Shown piece after piece: positions 1-18,106 of a DNA stretch of 64,000 nucleotides. Made by a program: the position numbers and the translations under genes. Numbering within the stretch: the stretch's first letter is position 1; each line of letters starts with the position of its first letter. The notes beneath the pieces are model-generated. The model worked only from the letters and a program-made list of their open reading frames with translations, was not told where the DNA came from and searched no databases. This stretch comes from the human T2T-CHM13v2.0 reference genome, Homo sapiens: NCBI RefSeq assembly GCF_009914755.1, contig NC_060946.1. One strand, written 5' to 3'.

Positions 1-1112
<1,112 letters not shown>

Positions 1113-1729
1113 CGGTGAACCCAGGGACAGCCTGCACCACCCCGGAAGGGTCCCAGGGCGTCGAGGCCTGCGGCCAGGGGGGTGGTGGGGTGGGGGAGAG
1201 GGCCTGGTTACGGCAGTGGTGGGGCTGGAGACACGAAGAGGAAGGGGGCAAGGGGGAAGGGGTGAGGGGGTGGCGTTTTGGGGGCTGGCTCTCCGGACCT
1301 CTCAAGGAATCCCGCGGGAACTGGAAGCCGCTCTCTGGGCTCCCACTAGTCTTCAGCAGGAAGAAACCGGCCTGGGAGGGTGGAGGGGAGTTTGGAAATG
1401 AACCTCCGTGGGAGTCTTGAGTGTTTCAGGCCCTCTCTCGGTGAAGGAGGCAGTGCCTGTGGGTGTCACCATTGCCGGGACAGTCTCACACAGGCAGGCG
1501 TGTGGCTCTCGTTCATTTCCACTTAGGAGACCAGAGCGAGACCCTAGAGAGAAGAAGCCTCCCCGGCGTGATGGCCTGACGATGGATTCACGTGTGCGGC
1601 ATCATGGGGATTCCGCAGTGTGGCCTGTTTGGAAACTGGCAAGGACAGCGAAGGCACCATGCCGGTCTTCCACACTTCCCTGCATGTTTCCGGGTGTCTG
1701 CAGAGCTCCGGGAGCAAACAGTCAGCATG

Positions 1730-4700
1730 ACACATCTCTGAACTGATCAACAGTGTGATGTTACTCTTGTCTAGGCTCTGCCTACAGGGGCTTTGTGACA
1801 TGTCTCTACACTGATCACCCAGGTGATGGGACTTTTGTCTAGGCTCTGCCTATGGGTGCATTGTGACATATCTCTGCACTGATCACCCAGGTGATTTAAC
1901 TCTTGTGTTGGATCTGCCTATTGGGGCATTGTGAAATATTTCTGCACTGATCACCCAGGTGATGGGACTCTTGTCTAGGCTCTGTGTATGTGGGGTTTGT
2001 GACATATCTCTGCACTGATCACCCAGGTGATGTAACGCTTGACTAGGCTCTGCCTACGGAGCATAGAGACATATCACTGCATTGATCACTGAGGTGATGT
2101 AACTCTTGTCCAGGCTCTGCCTATAGGGGGCCTTGTGACATATCTCTGCACTGATCATCTAGGTGATATAACACTTGCTTATGCTCTGCCTGCAGGGGCA
2201 TTGTGAAATATCTCTGCACTGATCACCCAGGTGATGGGACTCTTCTCTAGGCTCTGCCTACTGGTGGCATTGTCACATATTTCTGCACTGATCACCCAGG
2301 TGACGGATTGTTGTCTTGGATTTGCCTATGGGGGCATTGTGACATATCTCTGCACTGATCACCCAGGTGATGTAACTCTTGTCTAAGCTCTGCCTAAAAG
2401 GGCATTGTGATAGATATCTGCACTGATCACTCAGGTGATGTAACTATTGTCTAGGCTCTGCTTTAAGGGGCCTTGTCACATATCACTTCACTGATCACCC
2501 AGGTGATGTAACTCTTCTCTAGGCTCTGCTTACACGGGTATTGTGAGATATCTCTGCACTGATCACCCAGGGGATGTAGCTCTTGTCTAGCCTCTGCCTA
2601 CAGGGGCATTTTAACATATCTCTGCACTGATCACCGAGATGATGTAACTCTTGTATAGGCTTTGCCGACAGTGGGCATTGAGACATATCTCTGCACTGAT
2701 CACCGAGGTGATGCAACTCTTGTCTGGGATCTGCTTACAGGGGGCATTGTGACATATCTCTGCCCTGATCACCCAGGTGATGTTACTCTTGTCTAGGCTC
2801 TGCCTACTGGAGACATTGTGACATATATCTGCACTGATCACCTAGGTGATGTCACTTTTGTCAAGGATATGGCTACAGGGACATTGTGACATGTCACTGC
2901 ACTGATCACACAGCTGATGTAACTCTTGTCTAGGCTCTAGCTACAGAGGGCTTGTGACACATCTCTGCACTGATCACCCAGGTGATGTAACCCTTATATA
3001 GGCTCTGCCAAAAGGGGGCATTGTGGCATAACTCTGCACTGATCACCCTGGAGATGGGACTCTTGTCTAGGCTCTGCCTACAGGGGCATTGTGACATATC
3101 TCTGCAGTGATCACGCAGGTGATGTAACTCTTGTCTATATCTGCCTACTGGTGGCATTTTGGCATATTTCTGCACTGATCACCCAGGTGATGGACTCTTT
3201 CTTGGATCTGCCTATGGGGGCATAGTGACATATCTCTGCACTGATCACTCATGTGATGTAACGCTTGTCTAAGCTGCGCCTAAATGGGAATTGTGACAGA
3301 TATCTCCACTGATCACCCAGGTGATGTAACAGTTTTCTGGGATTTGTCTACAGGGGGCTTTGTGACATATATTTGCACTGATGAACCAGGAGATTTAACT
3401 CTTGTCTAGGCTTGGCCTACAGGGGCTTTGTGACGTATTTCTGCACTGATCACCCAGGAGATGTAACTCTTGTCTAGGCTCCACCTACAGGGGGTATTGT
3501 GAGATATCTCTGCACTGATCACTCAGGTGATGTAACATTTATCTAGGCTCTGCCTACTGGAGCGTTTTGACATAGCTCTGCACAGATCACCAAGGTTATG
3601 TAACTCTTGTCCACTCTCTGCCTACAGGGGGCATTGTGAAATATCTCTGCACTGATCACCTAGGTGATGGGTCTCTTCTCTATACTCTGCCTAGAGTGGG
3701 ATTTGTGACATATGTCTGCACTGATCACCCAGGTGATGGAAGTCTTCTCTAGGCTCTGTCTATGGGGGCATTGTGTCAAATATCTGCACTGATCACCCAG
3801 GTGATGTAACTCTTTTCTAGGCTCTGTCTACCGGGATTTTTGTGACATATCACTGCACTGATCACCTGGGTGATGTAAGCCTTGTATGGGCTTTGCCTAC
3901 AGAAGGCTTTGTGACATATCTCTGCACTGATCTCTGAGGTGATGCAACTCTTGTCTAGGCACTGCCTACAGGGGGCATTGGTACATATCTCTGCACTGAT
4001 CACGCAGGTGATGTAACTCTTGTCTTATATCTGCCTACTTGGCATTGTGACACATCTCTGAACTGATCAAACAAGTGATGAAACTCGTGTCTAGTCTCTG
4101 CCTACATGGGCTTTGTGACACATCTCTTCACTGATCACCCTGGGGAGGGAACTCTTGTCTACGCTCTGCCTACAGGAGGCTTTATGACTTATACCTGGAC
4201 TGATAACCTAGCTGATATAACACTTGTCTAGGCTCTGCCTACATGGGAATTTTCACATATCTCTCCACTGATCACCCAGGTGATGTAACTCCTGTCTAGA
4301 TTCAGCCTACGGGAGCGTTTTGACATATCTCTGCACTGATCACCCAGGTGATGTAACCCTTGTCTAAGCTCTGCCTACAGGGGCATTGTGACAAATCTCT
4401 CCACTGCTCACCCAGGTGATGTAACAATTGTCTGGGCTTTGCCTACTGGGGGCTTTTTGATACACATTTCCACTGATCAAACAGGTGATGTAACCCTTGT
4501 CAAGGTTCTGCTTACACGGGCTTTGTGACATATCTCTGCACTGATTACTCCAGGGAGGAAACACTTGTCTACACTCTGCCTACAAGAGCCTTTACAACTT
4601 ACCCCTGCACTGATCACTAGGTGATGTAACACTTGTGTAGGCTCTGTCTACACGGGAATTTTCACATATCTCTACACTGATCACCTAAGTGATGTAACAC

Positions 4701-4919
4701 TTGTCTAGGTTCAGCCTACTGGGGATTTCTGACATACCTATGCACTGATCACCCAGGTGATGTAAATCGTTTCCAGGCTTTTTTTACAGGGTACATTTTG
4801 ATATATCTCTGCAGTGATCACCCAAATGATGCAAATCTTCTCTAGGCTCCACAGGGAGGGGGCATTGTGACATATTTCTGAACTGATCATCCAGGAGATG
4901 TAACTATTCTCCAGTCTTT
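1730..4919 (-). repeat. Beta satellite (68-bp Sau3A) array 1
   Basis: ~68-bp monomers, reverse complement of GATCAGTGCAGAGATATGTCACAATGCCCCTGTAGGCAGAGCCTAGACAAGAGTTACATCACCTGGGT. Confidence 0.96.
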
Positions 4920-7699
<2,780 letters not shown>

Positions 7700-10600
7700 A
7701 CACATCTCTCAACTGATCAACAAAGTGTCGTAACACTTGACTAGGCTCTGCCTAAAGGGGCTTTGTGGCATATCTCTGCACTGATCACCCAGGCGATGGG
7801 ACTTTTGTCTAGGCTCTGCCTCTGGGGGCATTGTGACATATCTCTACACTGATCACCCAGGAAATTTAACTCTTGTGTTGGATCTGCCTATGGGGGCATT
7901 GTGACATATTTCTGCACTGATCACCCAGGTGAACGGACTCTTGTCTAGGCTCTGTGTATGGGGTCTTTGGGACATATCTCTGCACTGATCACCCAGGTGA
8001 TGTAACGCTTGACTAGTCTCTGCCTACGGGGCATAGTGACCTATCACTGCATAGATCACCGAGGTGATGTAACTCTTGTCCAGGCTCTGCCTATAGGGGG
8101 CCTTGTGACATATCTCTGCACTGATCATCTAGGTTATGGACCTCTTCCTTACGCTTTGCCTGCACCGCAGGGATATTGTGAAATATCTCTGCACTGATCA
8201 CCCAGGTGATGGGACTGTTTTCTAGGCTCTGCCTACTGGGGGCATTGTCACATATTTCTGCCCTGATCACTGAGGTGACGGACTCTTGTCTTGGATTTGC
8301 CTATGGGGGCATTGTGACATATCTCTGCACTGATCACCCAGGTGATGAAACTCTGGTCTAAGCTCTGCCTAAAGTGGCATTGTGACAGATCTCTGCACTG
8401 ATCACTCAGGTGATGTAACTATTGTCTAGGCTCTGCTTAAAGAGACCTTGTCACATATCTCTGTACTGATCAACCAAGTGATGCAACTATTTTCTAGGCT
8501 CTGCTTACAGGGTGTATTGTGGCTTATCTCTGCAATGATCACCTAAGTGATGTAACACTTGTGTAGGCTCTGCCTACATGGGCATTTTGACATATTTCTG
8601 CACTGTTAACCGATGTGATGTAACTCTTGTCTAGGCTGTGCCCACAGAGTGATTGAGACATATCTCTGCACTGATCCCGAGGTGATCCAACTCTTGTCTG
8701 GTCTCTGCCTACTGGGGACATTATGACATATCTCTGCCCTGATCTCCCAGGTGCTGTTACTTTAGTGTAGGCTCTGGCTACACGGCATTGTGACATATCA
8801 CTGCACTGATCACCCATGTGATATAATTATTGTCTAGGCTCTGCCTACAGGGGGCTTGTGACATATCTCTGCGCTGATCACCCAGGTGATATAACTCTTC
8901 TCTAGGATCTGCCTACAGGGTGCTTTGTGACATATCCCTGCAATGATCACCCAGGTGCTATACCACTTGTCAAGGCTCTGCCTACAGGGGGCTTTTGACT
9001 TATCTCTGCACTGATCAACCAGGTGATATAACTCTTCTCTAGGATCTGCCTACAGGGTGCTTTGTGACATATCACTCCAATGATCACCCAGGTGATGTAC
9101 CACTTGTCAAGGCTCTGCCTACAGGGACATTGGGATGTATCTCTGCACTGATCACCTAGGTCATGTAACACTTGTTCAGGCTCTGCCTACAGTGGCATTG
9201 TGACATATCTCTGCACTGATCATCCAAGTGATGTAACCCTTGTCTAGGATATGCCTAAAGGGACTTTGTGACATAACTGCACTGATCATCCAGGTGATGG
9301 GGATTTTGTCTTGGCTCTGCCTAAGGGGGCATTGTGACATATTTCTGCACTGACCACTCAGGTGACGGACTCTTGTGTTGGATCTGCCTGTGGGGGCATT
9401 TTGACATGTCTCTCCACTGACCACCCAGGTGATGTAACTGTTGTATAACCTCTGCCAACAGGGTAATTGTGAGAGATCTCTCCACTGATCACCCAAGTGA
9501 TGTAACTATTGTCTAGGCTTTGCCTACGGGGTCTTTGTGACATAACTTTGCACTGATCACCCAGGTGATGTAACTTATCTAATTTCTGCCTACAGAAGCT
9601 TTGTGACATATTTCTGCACTGATCACTTAGGTGATGTAACTCTTTTATAAGCACTGCCTACAGGGAATTTTAACAAATCTCTGCACTGATCACCTAGGTA
9701 ATGTAAATCTTGTCTACCCTCTGCTCAAAGGGGGCATTGTGAAATATCTCTGCACTGATCACCCAGGTGATTCAACTCTTGTCTAGGATGTGCCTACAGG
9801 GGTATTGTGAAATATCTATGTACTGATCAACTGGGTGATGTAACTGTTGTCAAGGCTATGCCTACAAGGGGGTTTTCACATATACCTAAACTGGTGACAA
9901 AGGTGATGTAACTCTTGCCTAGGCTTTGCCTACAGAGGACACTGTGACATATCTCTGCACTGATACCCAGGTGATGCATCTCTTCTCTATGCTCTGCCTA
10001 CAGGGGGCATTGTGACATATCTCTGCACTGATCACCCAGGTGATGTAACTCTTTTCTAGGCTCTGCCTAGAGGGAATCTTGACAAATCTCTGCACTGATC
10101 ACCTAGGTGATGTAAATATTGTCTACCCTCAGCCCAAAGGGGGTATTGTGAAATATCTATGCACTGATCACCCAGGTGATTCAACTCTTGACTTGCATCT
10201 GCTTACAGGGGTATTGTGAAATATCTCTGCACTGATCACCTGAGTGATGTAACACTTGTGTAGGCTCTGCCTACAGGGGCATCTTGATATACCTCTGCAC
10301 TGTCAACCGAGGTAATGTAACTCTTTTCTAGGCTGTGCACCCAGGGGGATTGAGACATATCTATACACTGATCACCCAGGTGATGCTTCTCTTCCCTATG
10401 CTCTGCGTACAGGGGACATTGTGACATATCTCTGCACTGATCACCCAGGTGATGGACTCTTGTCTTGGATCTGCCTATGGGGGCATAGTGACATATCTCT
10501 GCACTGATCACTCATGTGATGTAACGCTTGTCTAAGCTGCGCCTAAAGGGGAATTGTGACAGATATCTCCACTGATCACCCAGGTGATGTAACAATATTC

Positions 10601-12179
10601 TGGGATTTGTCTACAGGGGGCTTTCTGACATATATTTGCACTGATCACCCAGGAGATTTAACACTTGTCTAGGCTCGGCCTACAGGGGCTTTGTGACATA
10701 TTTCTGCACTGATCACCCAGGTGATGTAACACTTGTCTAGGCTCCGCCTACAGGGGGTTGGTGACATATCTCTGCACTTATCACCCAGGTGATGTAACTC
10801 TTGTCTAGGCTCCACCTACAGGGGGTATTGTGACGTATCTCTGCACTGATCATCCAGGTGTTGTATCATTTATCTAGGCTCAGCCTACAGGGGCGTTTTG
10901 ACATAGCTCTGCACAGATCACCTAGGTTATGTAACTCTTGTCCACTCTCTGCCTACAGGGGGAATTGTGAAATATCTCTGCACTGATCACCCAGATGATG
11001 GGACTTTTCTCTCTACTCTGCCTAGAGGGGGATTTGTGACATACCTCTGCAGTGATCACCCAGGTGATGGAAGTCTTGTCTAGGCTCTGTCTTCAGGGAT
11101 TTTTGTGACATATCACTGCACTGGTCACCTAGGTGATGTAAGCCTTGTATGGGCTTTGCCTACAGAAGGCTTTGTGACATATATAAGCAGTGATCTCTGA
11201 GGTGATGCAACTCTTGTCTAGGCACTGCCTACAGGGGACATTTGTACATATCTCTGCACTGATCACCCAGGTGTGGACTCTTGTCTTAGATCTGTCTACA
11301 TGGACATTGTGACACATCTCTGAACTGATCAACCAAGTGATGAATCTCTTGTCTAGGCTCTGCCTACAGGGGCTTTGTGAAACATCTCTGCACTGATCAC
11401 CCTCAGGATGGAACTCTTGTCTTCGCTCTGCCTAGAGGAGGCTTTATGACTTATACCTGCCCTGAAAACCTAGTTGATGTAACACTTGTCTAGGATCTGC
11501 CTACACGGGAATTCTCACATATCTCTTCACTGATCACCCGGGTCATGTAACTCCTGTCTAGGTTCAGCGTACAGGAGCGTTTTGACATATCTCTGCACTG
11601 ATCACCCAAGTGATGTAACCCTTTTCTAAGCTCTGCCTACAGGGGCATTGTGACAGATCTCTCCACTGCTCACCCAGGTGATGTAACAATTGTCTGGGCT
11701 TTGCCTACAGGGGGCTTTGTGATATACATTTCCACTGATCAAACAGGTGATGTAACACTTGTCAAGGTTCTGCTTGCAGGGGTTTGTGACATATCTGTGC
11801 ACAGATCACCCCAGGGAGGAAACACTTGTCTACACTCTGCCTACAGGAGGCTTTACGACTTATCCCTGCACTGATCACTAGGTGATGTAACACTTGTCTA
11901 GGCTCTGTCTACATGGGAATTTTCACATATCTCTACACTGATCACCTAAGTGATGTAACACTTGTCTAGGTTCAGCCTACTGGGGATTTCTGACATACCT
12001 ATGCACTGATCACCGTGGTGATGTATATCATTTCCAGGCTTTTTGTACTGGGGACATTGTGATATATCTCTGAACTGATCACCCAAATGTTGCAAATCTT
12101 CTCTAGGCTCTGCAGGGAGGGGGCATTGTGACATATTTCTGAACTGATCATCCAGGAGATGTAACTATTCTGCAGGATT
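7700..12179 (-). repeat. Beta satellite array 2
   Basis: 68-bp monomers with the CTGCACTGATCACCCAGGTGATGTAAC core. Confidence 0.96.
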
Positions 12180-12877
12180 TGACTAAAGAGCGTCGGAAGG
12201 TGTTGGGAGAGCCTCACCCGGAATTTCCCGGACGGACAAGGGCACATAGAGGCCAGCTGGCTCCCTTGCACGTCAGCCGGGGTGCACAATGAGGGCAGGT
12301 CTAGCCAGCAGGCTGACAAAGAGAGCTAGAGGTCTGCGTTCCGCCGCCAGACGCTCCATGGTGGTAGCTGGGAGGCGGCAGGGGCTCAGGCGGGCCGGCG
12401 ATGGTGGCACAGAGATGCGCCGCCGGAGGGGTGTCAGGCCTGGACACTGCACGGGCCCGGTGTTTCTCGGGACAAGGGTCTCCACCCATCCCAGGGGAGG
12501 ACGCATTTTCCGGGGGGGAGGTGGGGGTGGGTAGGGGGTGGTCAGGCGGGGGTCGGGTGGTGGAAAGGCATGAGAGCTCTGCCCGGGCTGCTCCCACAGC
12601 CCAGGCGGCTGCCCGCAAACCCTCGCGTGCGCAGTAGGCGGCCCACCTGCTGGGACCTTGGCTGGTTCTGGGATCCCCGGGATGCCCCGGAAAGAATGGC
12701 AGTTCTCCGCTGTGTGGAGTCTCTCACCGGGCCAAGACCTAGAAGGCAGGAATCCCGGACCCATCAGCCGGTGGAGGGGGCGGGGGGAAGACACGCCCCT
12801 CCATAGCCATCCAGGTCTTCCCCGCGAAAGAGAGGTAACCGCCCTGCCCCGACCCAACGCCGTCCCAACCCCGCGCC

Positions 12878-14156
<1,279 letters not shown>

Positions 14157-15249
14157 TCAGCCGGCCTGTGCACTGCAGCGGGTGCAGCCACGAGGTCTGC
14201 CCGGACAGCCAGCCAGCTGTTCTTATAAAGGCCCGCAGGCAGGCAGGCTCCACAACTTCATGAATGGGGGTGAGCCCTGGGACAGCCCGCCCCACCCCAG
14301 AAGGGTCCCAGGGCGTTGAGGCCTGCGGTCGTGTTGTGGTGGTTTGGTGGGGAGGGCTTGGTGTCGGCGGTGGTGGGACCGGAGAAACGAAGAGGAAGGG
14401 TGTGAGGGGGAAGGGGTGAGGTGGGCACGTTTTGGAGGCTGTCTCTCCGGACCTCTCCAGGAATCCCCCGGGACCTGGAAACCGCTCTATTGTCTCCCAC
14501 GTTCTTCAGCAGGGAGAAACCGGCCTGGGAGGGTGGATGGGGAGTGTGGAACTGAAATTCCGTGGGAGTCTTGAGTGTTCCAGGCCCTCTCTCGGTGAAG
14601 GAGGCAGTGCCTGTGGGTGACGCCGTGGCCTGGACAGACTCACACACGCAGGCGTGTGGCTCTTGTTCATTTCCACGTAGGAGACCAGAGCAAGACCCCA
14701 GAGAGAAGATGCCTCCGCGGCGTGATGGCCTGACGATGAAGTCCCGTGTGCGGCAACATGGGGAGTCTGCAGTGTGGCCGGTTTGGAAACTGGAAGGAGA
14801 GCGAAGGCACCATGCCGGTCTTCCCCCCTTCTGGGTGCCCGCAGAGCTCCGGGAGCAAACAGTCAGCATGGCCAGCCTTTCGGGGCCCGGAGAGACGTGA
14901 GCAACAGTCCGCCTTGCAGAGGGGAATCCCACGCGGAAACCAAAATCACGCCTCCGTCGTTCCGAGTGTGGCTCCTCCATGGTCGGGGTTTTTGGCTTCA
15001 CACTCCATTGTGGGGCTCAGCCTGGGTATGTGCAGTCTGTGAATCATGCGGGTGAAAACCCGACGGCAACCCGAGTCCCGGTCTTTTGTCTCTGAGGAAA
15101 CCGCACATTCCCTGGACCACGGAATCGTGACGAATGTGTGCTCGCCGGCGGAGGAGGCGGATGTGGGCCAAGCCCTCAGCCCGCGCCGGACTCTTACCGT
15201 TTTCCCGGAGGGCGGGGGTCCCGTTCCTCCCGCAGGCCGAAGACCGATT

Positions 15250-15445
15250 TTCCTCTCTGCCTTCCTCCCTCTGTCCCCGGCTCCCTCCTGCCCACCCCCA
15301 GTCCCTGCTTAACTCTGTCTTTCCCTCCGTTCCTCCCCGCCTACCTCCCTCCCTCCCTCCCTGCCTGTTAATGTCCCTCCACCCATACTTCCTCCCCTCT
15401 AGGTCTCCCGTTCCTCTCTCCATCTCTGCCTGCCTTCCCTCCTGC
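15250..15445. repeat. Polypyrimidine/polypurine low-complexity tract (CCTC/CCTT-rich) in the D4Z4 inter-unit linker
   Basis: cttcctccct...cctccctccctccctccctgcc...ttcctctctccatctctgcc. Confidence 0.75.
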
Positions 15446-16042
15446 CTGGAACGCTCAAAGTCCCCGGTGTGCGCCGGGCCTGGGGTCTGCGTTCCGCCGC
15501 CAGGCGCTCCATGGTGGCAGCTGGGAGGATGCAGGGGTATGGGCGGGTGGGCGACGGTGGCAGGGAGGCACAGAGCAGGCGAGCCGCTGGAGGGTTGTCA
15601 GGCCTGTACGCTGTGCGGACCGTGTTTCGCGGAAAGGGGGTCTCCACCCAGCCGAGGGGAGGACGGATTTTCTGTGGGTGGTGGGCGAGTGTGGGGTGGG
15701 GGTGGTCAGGCGGTGGTGAGGTGGTGGAAAGGCATGAGAGCTCTGCCCGAGCTGCTCCCACAGCCCAGGCGGCTGCCCGCAAACCCGCACGGGCGCAGTA
15801 GGCGGCCCACCTGCTGGTACCTGGTCTGGCCATTTGATCCCTGGGATGCCCAGGAAAGAATGGCAGTTCTCCGCTGTGTAGATCCTCTCACCGGGCCTAG
15901 ACCTAGAAGGCAGGAATCCCAGGCTGGTCAGCCCGGTGGAGTGGCCAGTGGGAAAACACGCCCCTCCATAGCCAGCCATGTGTTCCCCGCGAAAGAGAGG
16001 CCACCGCCCTGCCCCGACCCAACCCCGTCCCAACCCTGCGTC

Positions 16043-17480
<1,438 letters not shown>

Positions 17481-18106
17481 TCATGAATGGCGGTGAGCCC
17501 TGGGACAGCCCGCCCCACCCCGGAAGGGTCCAAAGACATCGAGGCCTGCGGCCAAGGGGTGGTGGGTTGGGGGGGAGGGTGTGGTGATGGTGGTGGTGGG
17601 GCTGGAGAGACGAAGAGGAAGGGGGCGAGGAGGAAGGGGTGAGGGAGGCATGTTTCTGGGGCTGGCTCTCCAGACCTCTCCAGGAATCCCGCGGGAACTG
17701 GTAGCTGCTCTCTGGGCTCCCACGCGTCTTCAGCAGGGAGAGACCGGCATGGGGGGGTGGAGGGGAGTGTGGAACTGAACCTCCGTGGGAGTCTTGAGTG
17801 TTCCAGGCCCTCTCTCCGTGAAGGAGGCAGTGCCTGTGGGTGTCGCCGTTGCCGGAACAGTCGGACACATGCAGGCATGTGGCTCTCGTTCATTTCCACG
17901 TAGGCGACCAGAGCAAGACCCCAGAGAGAAGATGCCTCCCCTGCGTGATGGCCTGACGATGGATTCCCATGTGCAGCAACATGGGGAGTCTGCAGTGTGG
18001 CCGGTTTGGAAACTGGCCAGGAGAGTGAAGGCACCATGACGGTTTTCCACCCTTCCCTGCATGTTTCCGGGTGCCTGCAGATCTCCAGGAGTAAACAGTC
18101 AGCATG

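Noticed and set aside
1730-4919. Conserved core plus variable stretch resembling a CRISPR array
   Set aside because: The variable parts are homologous to one another, there are no cas genes, and this is a primate satellite
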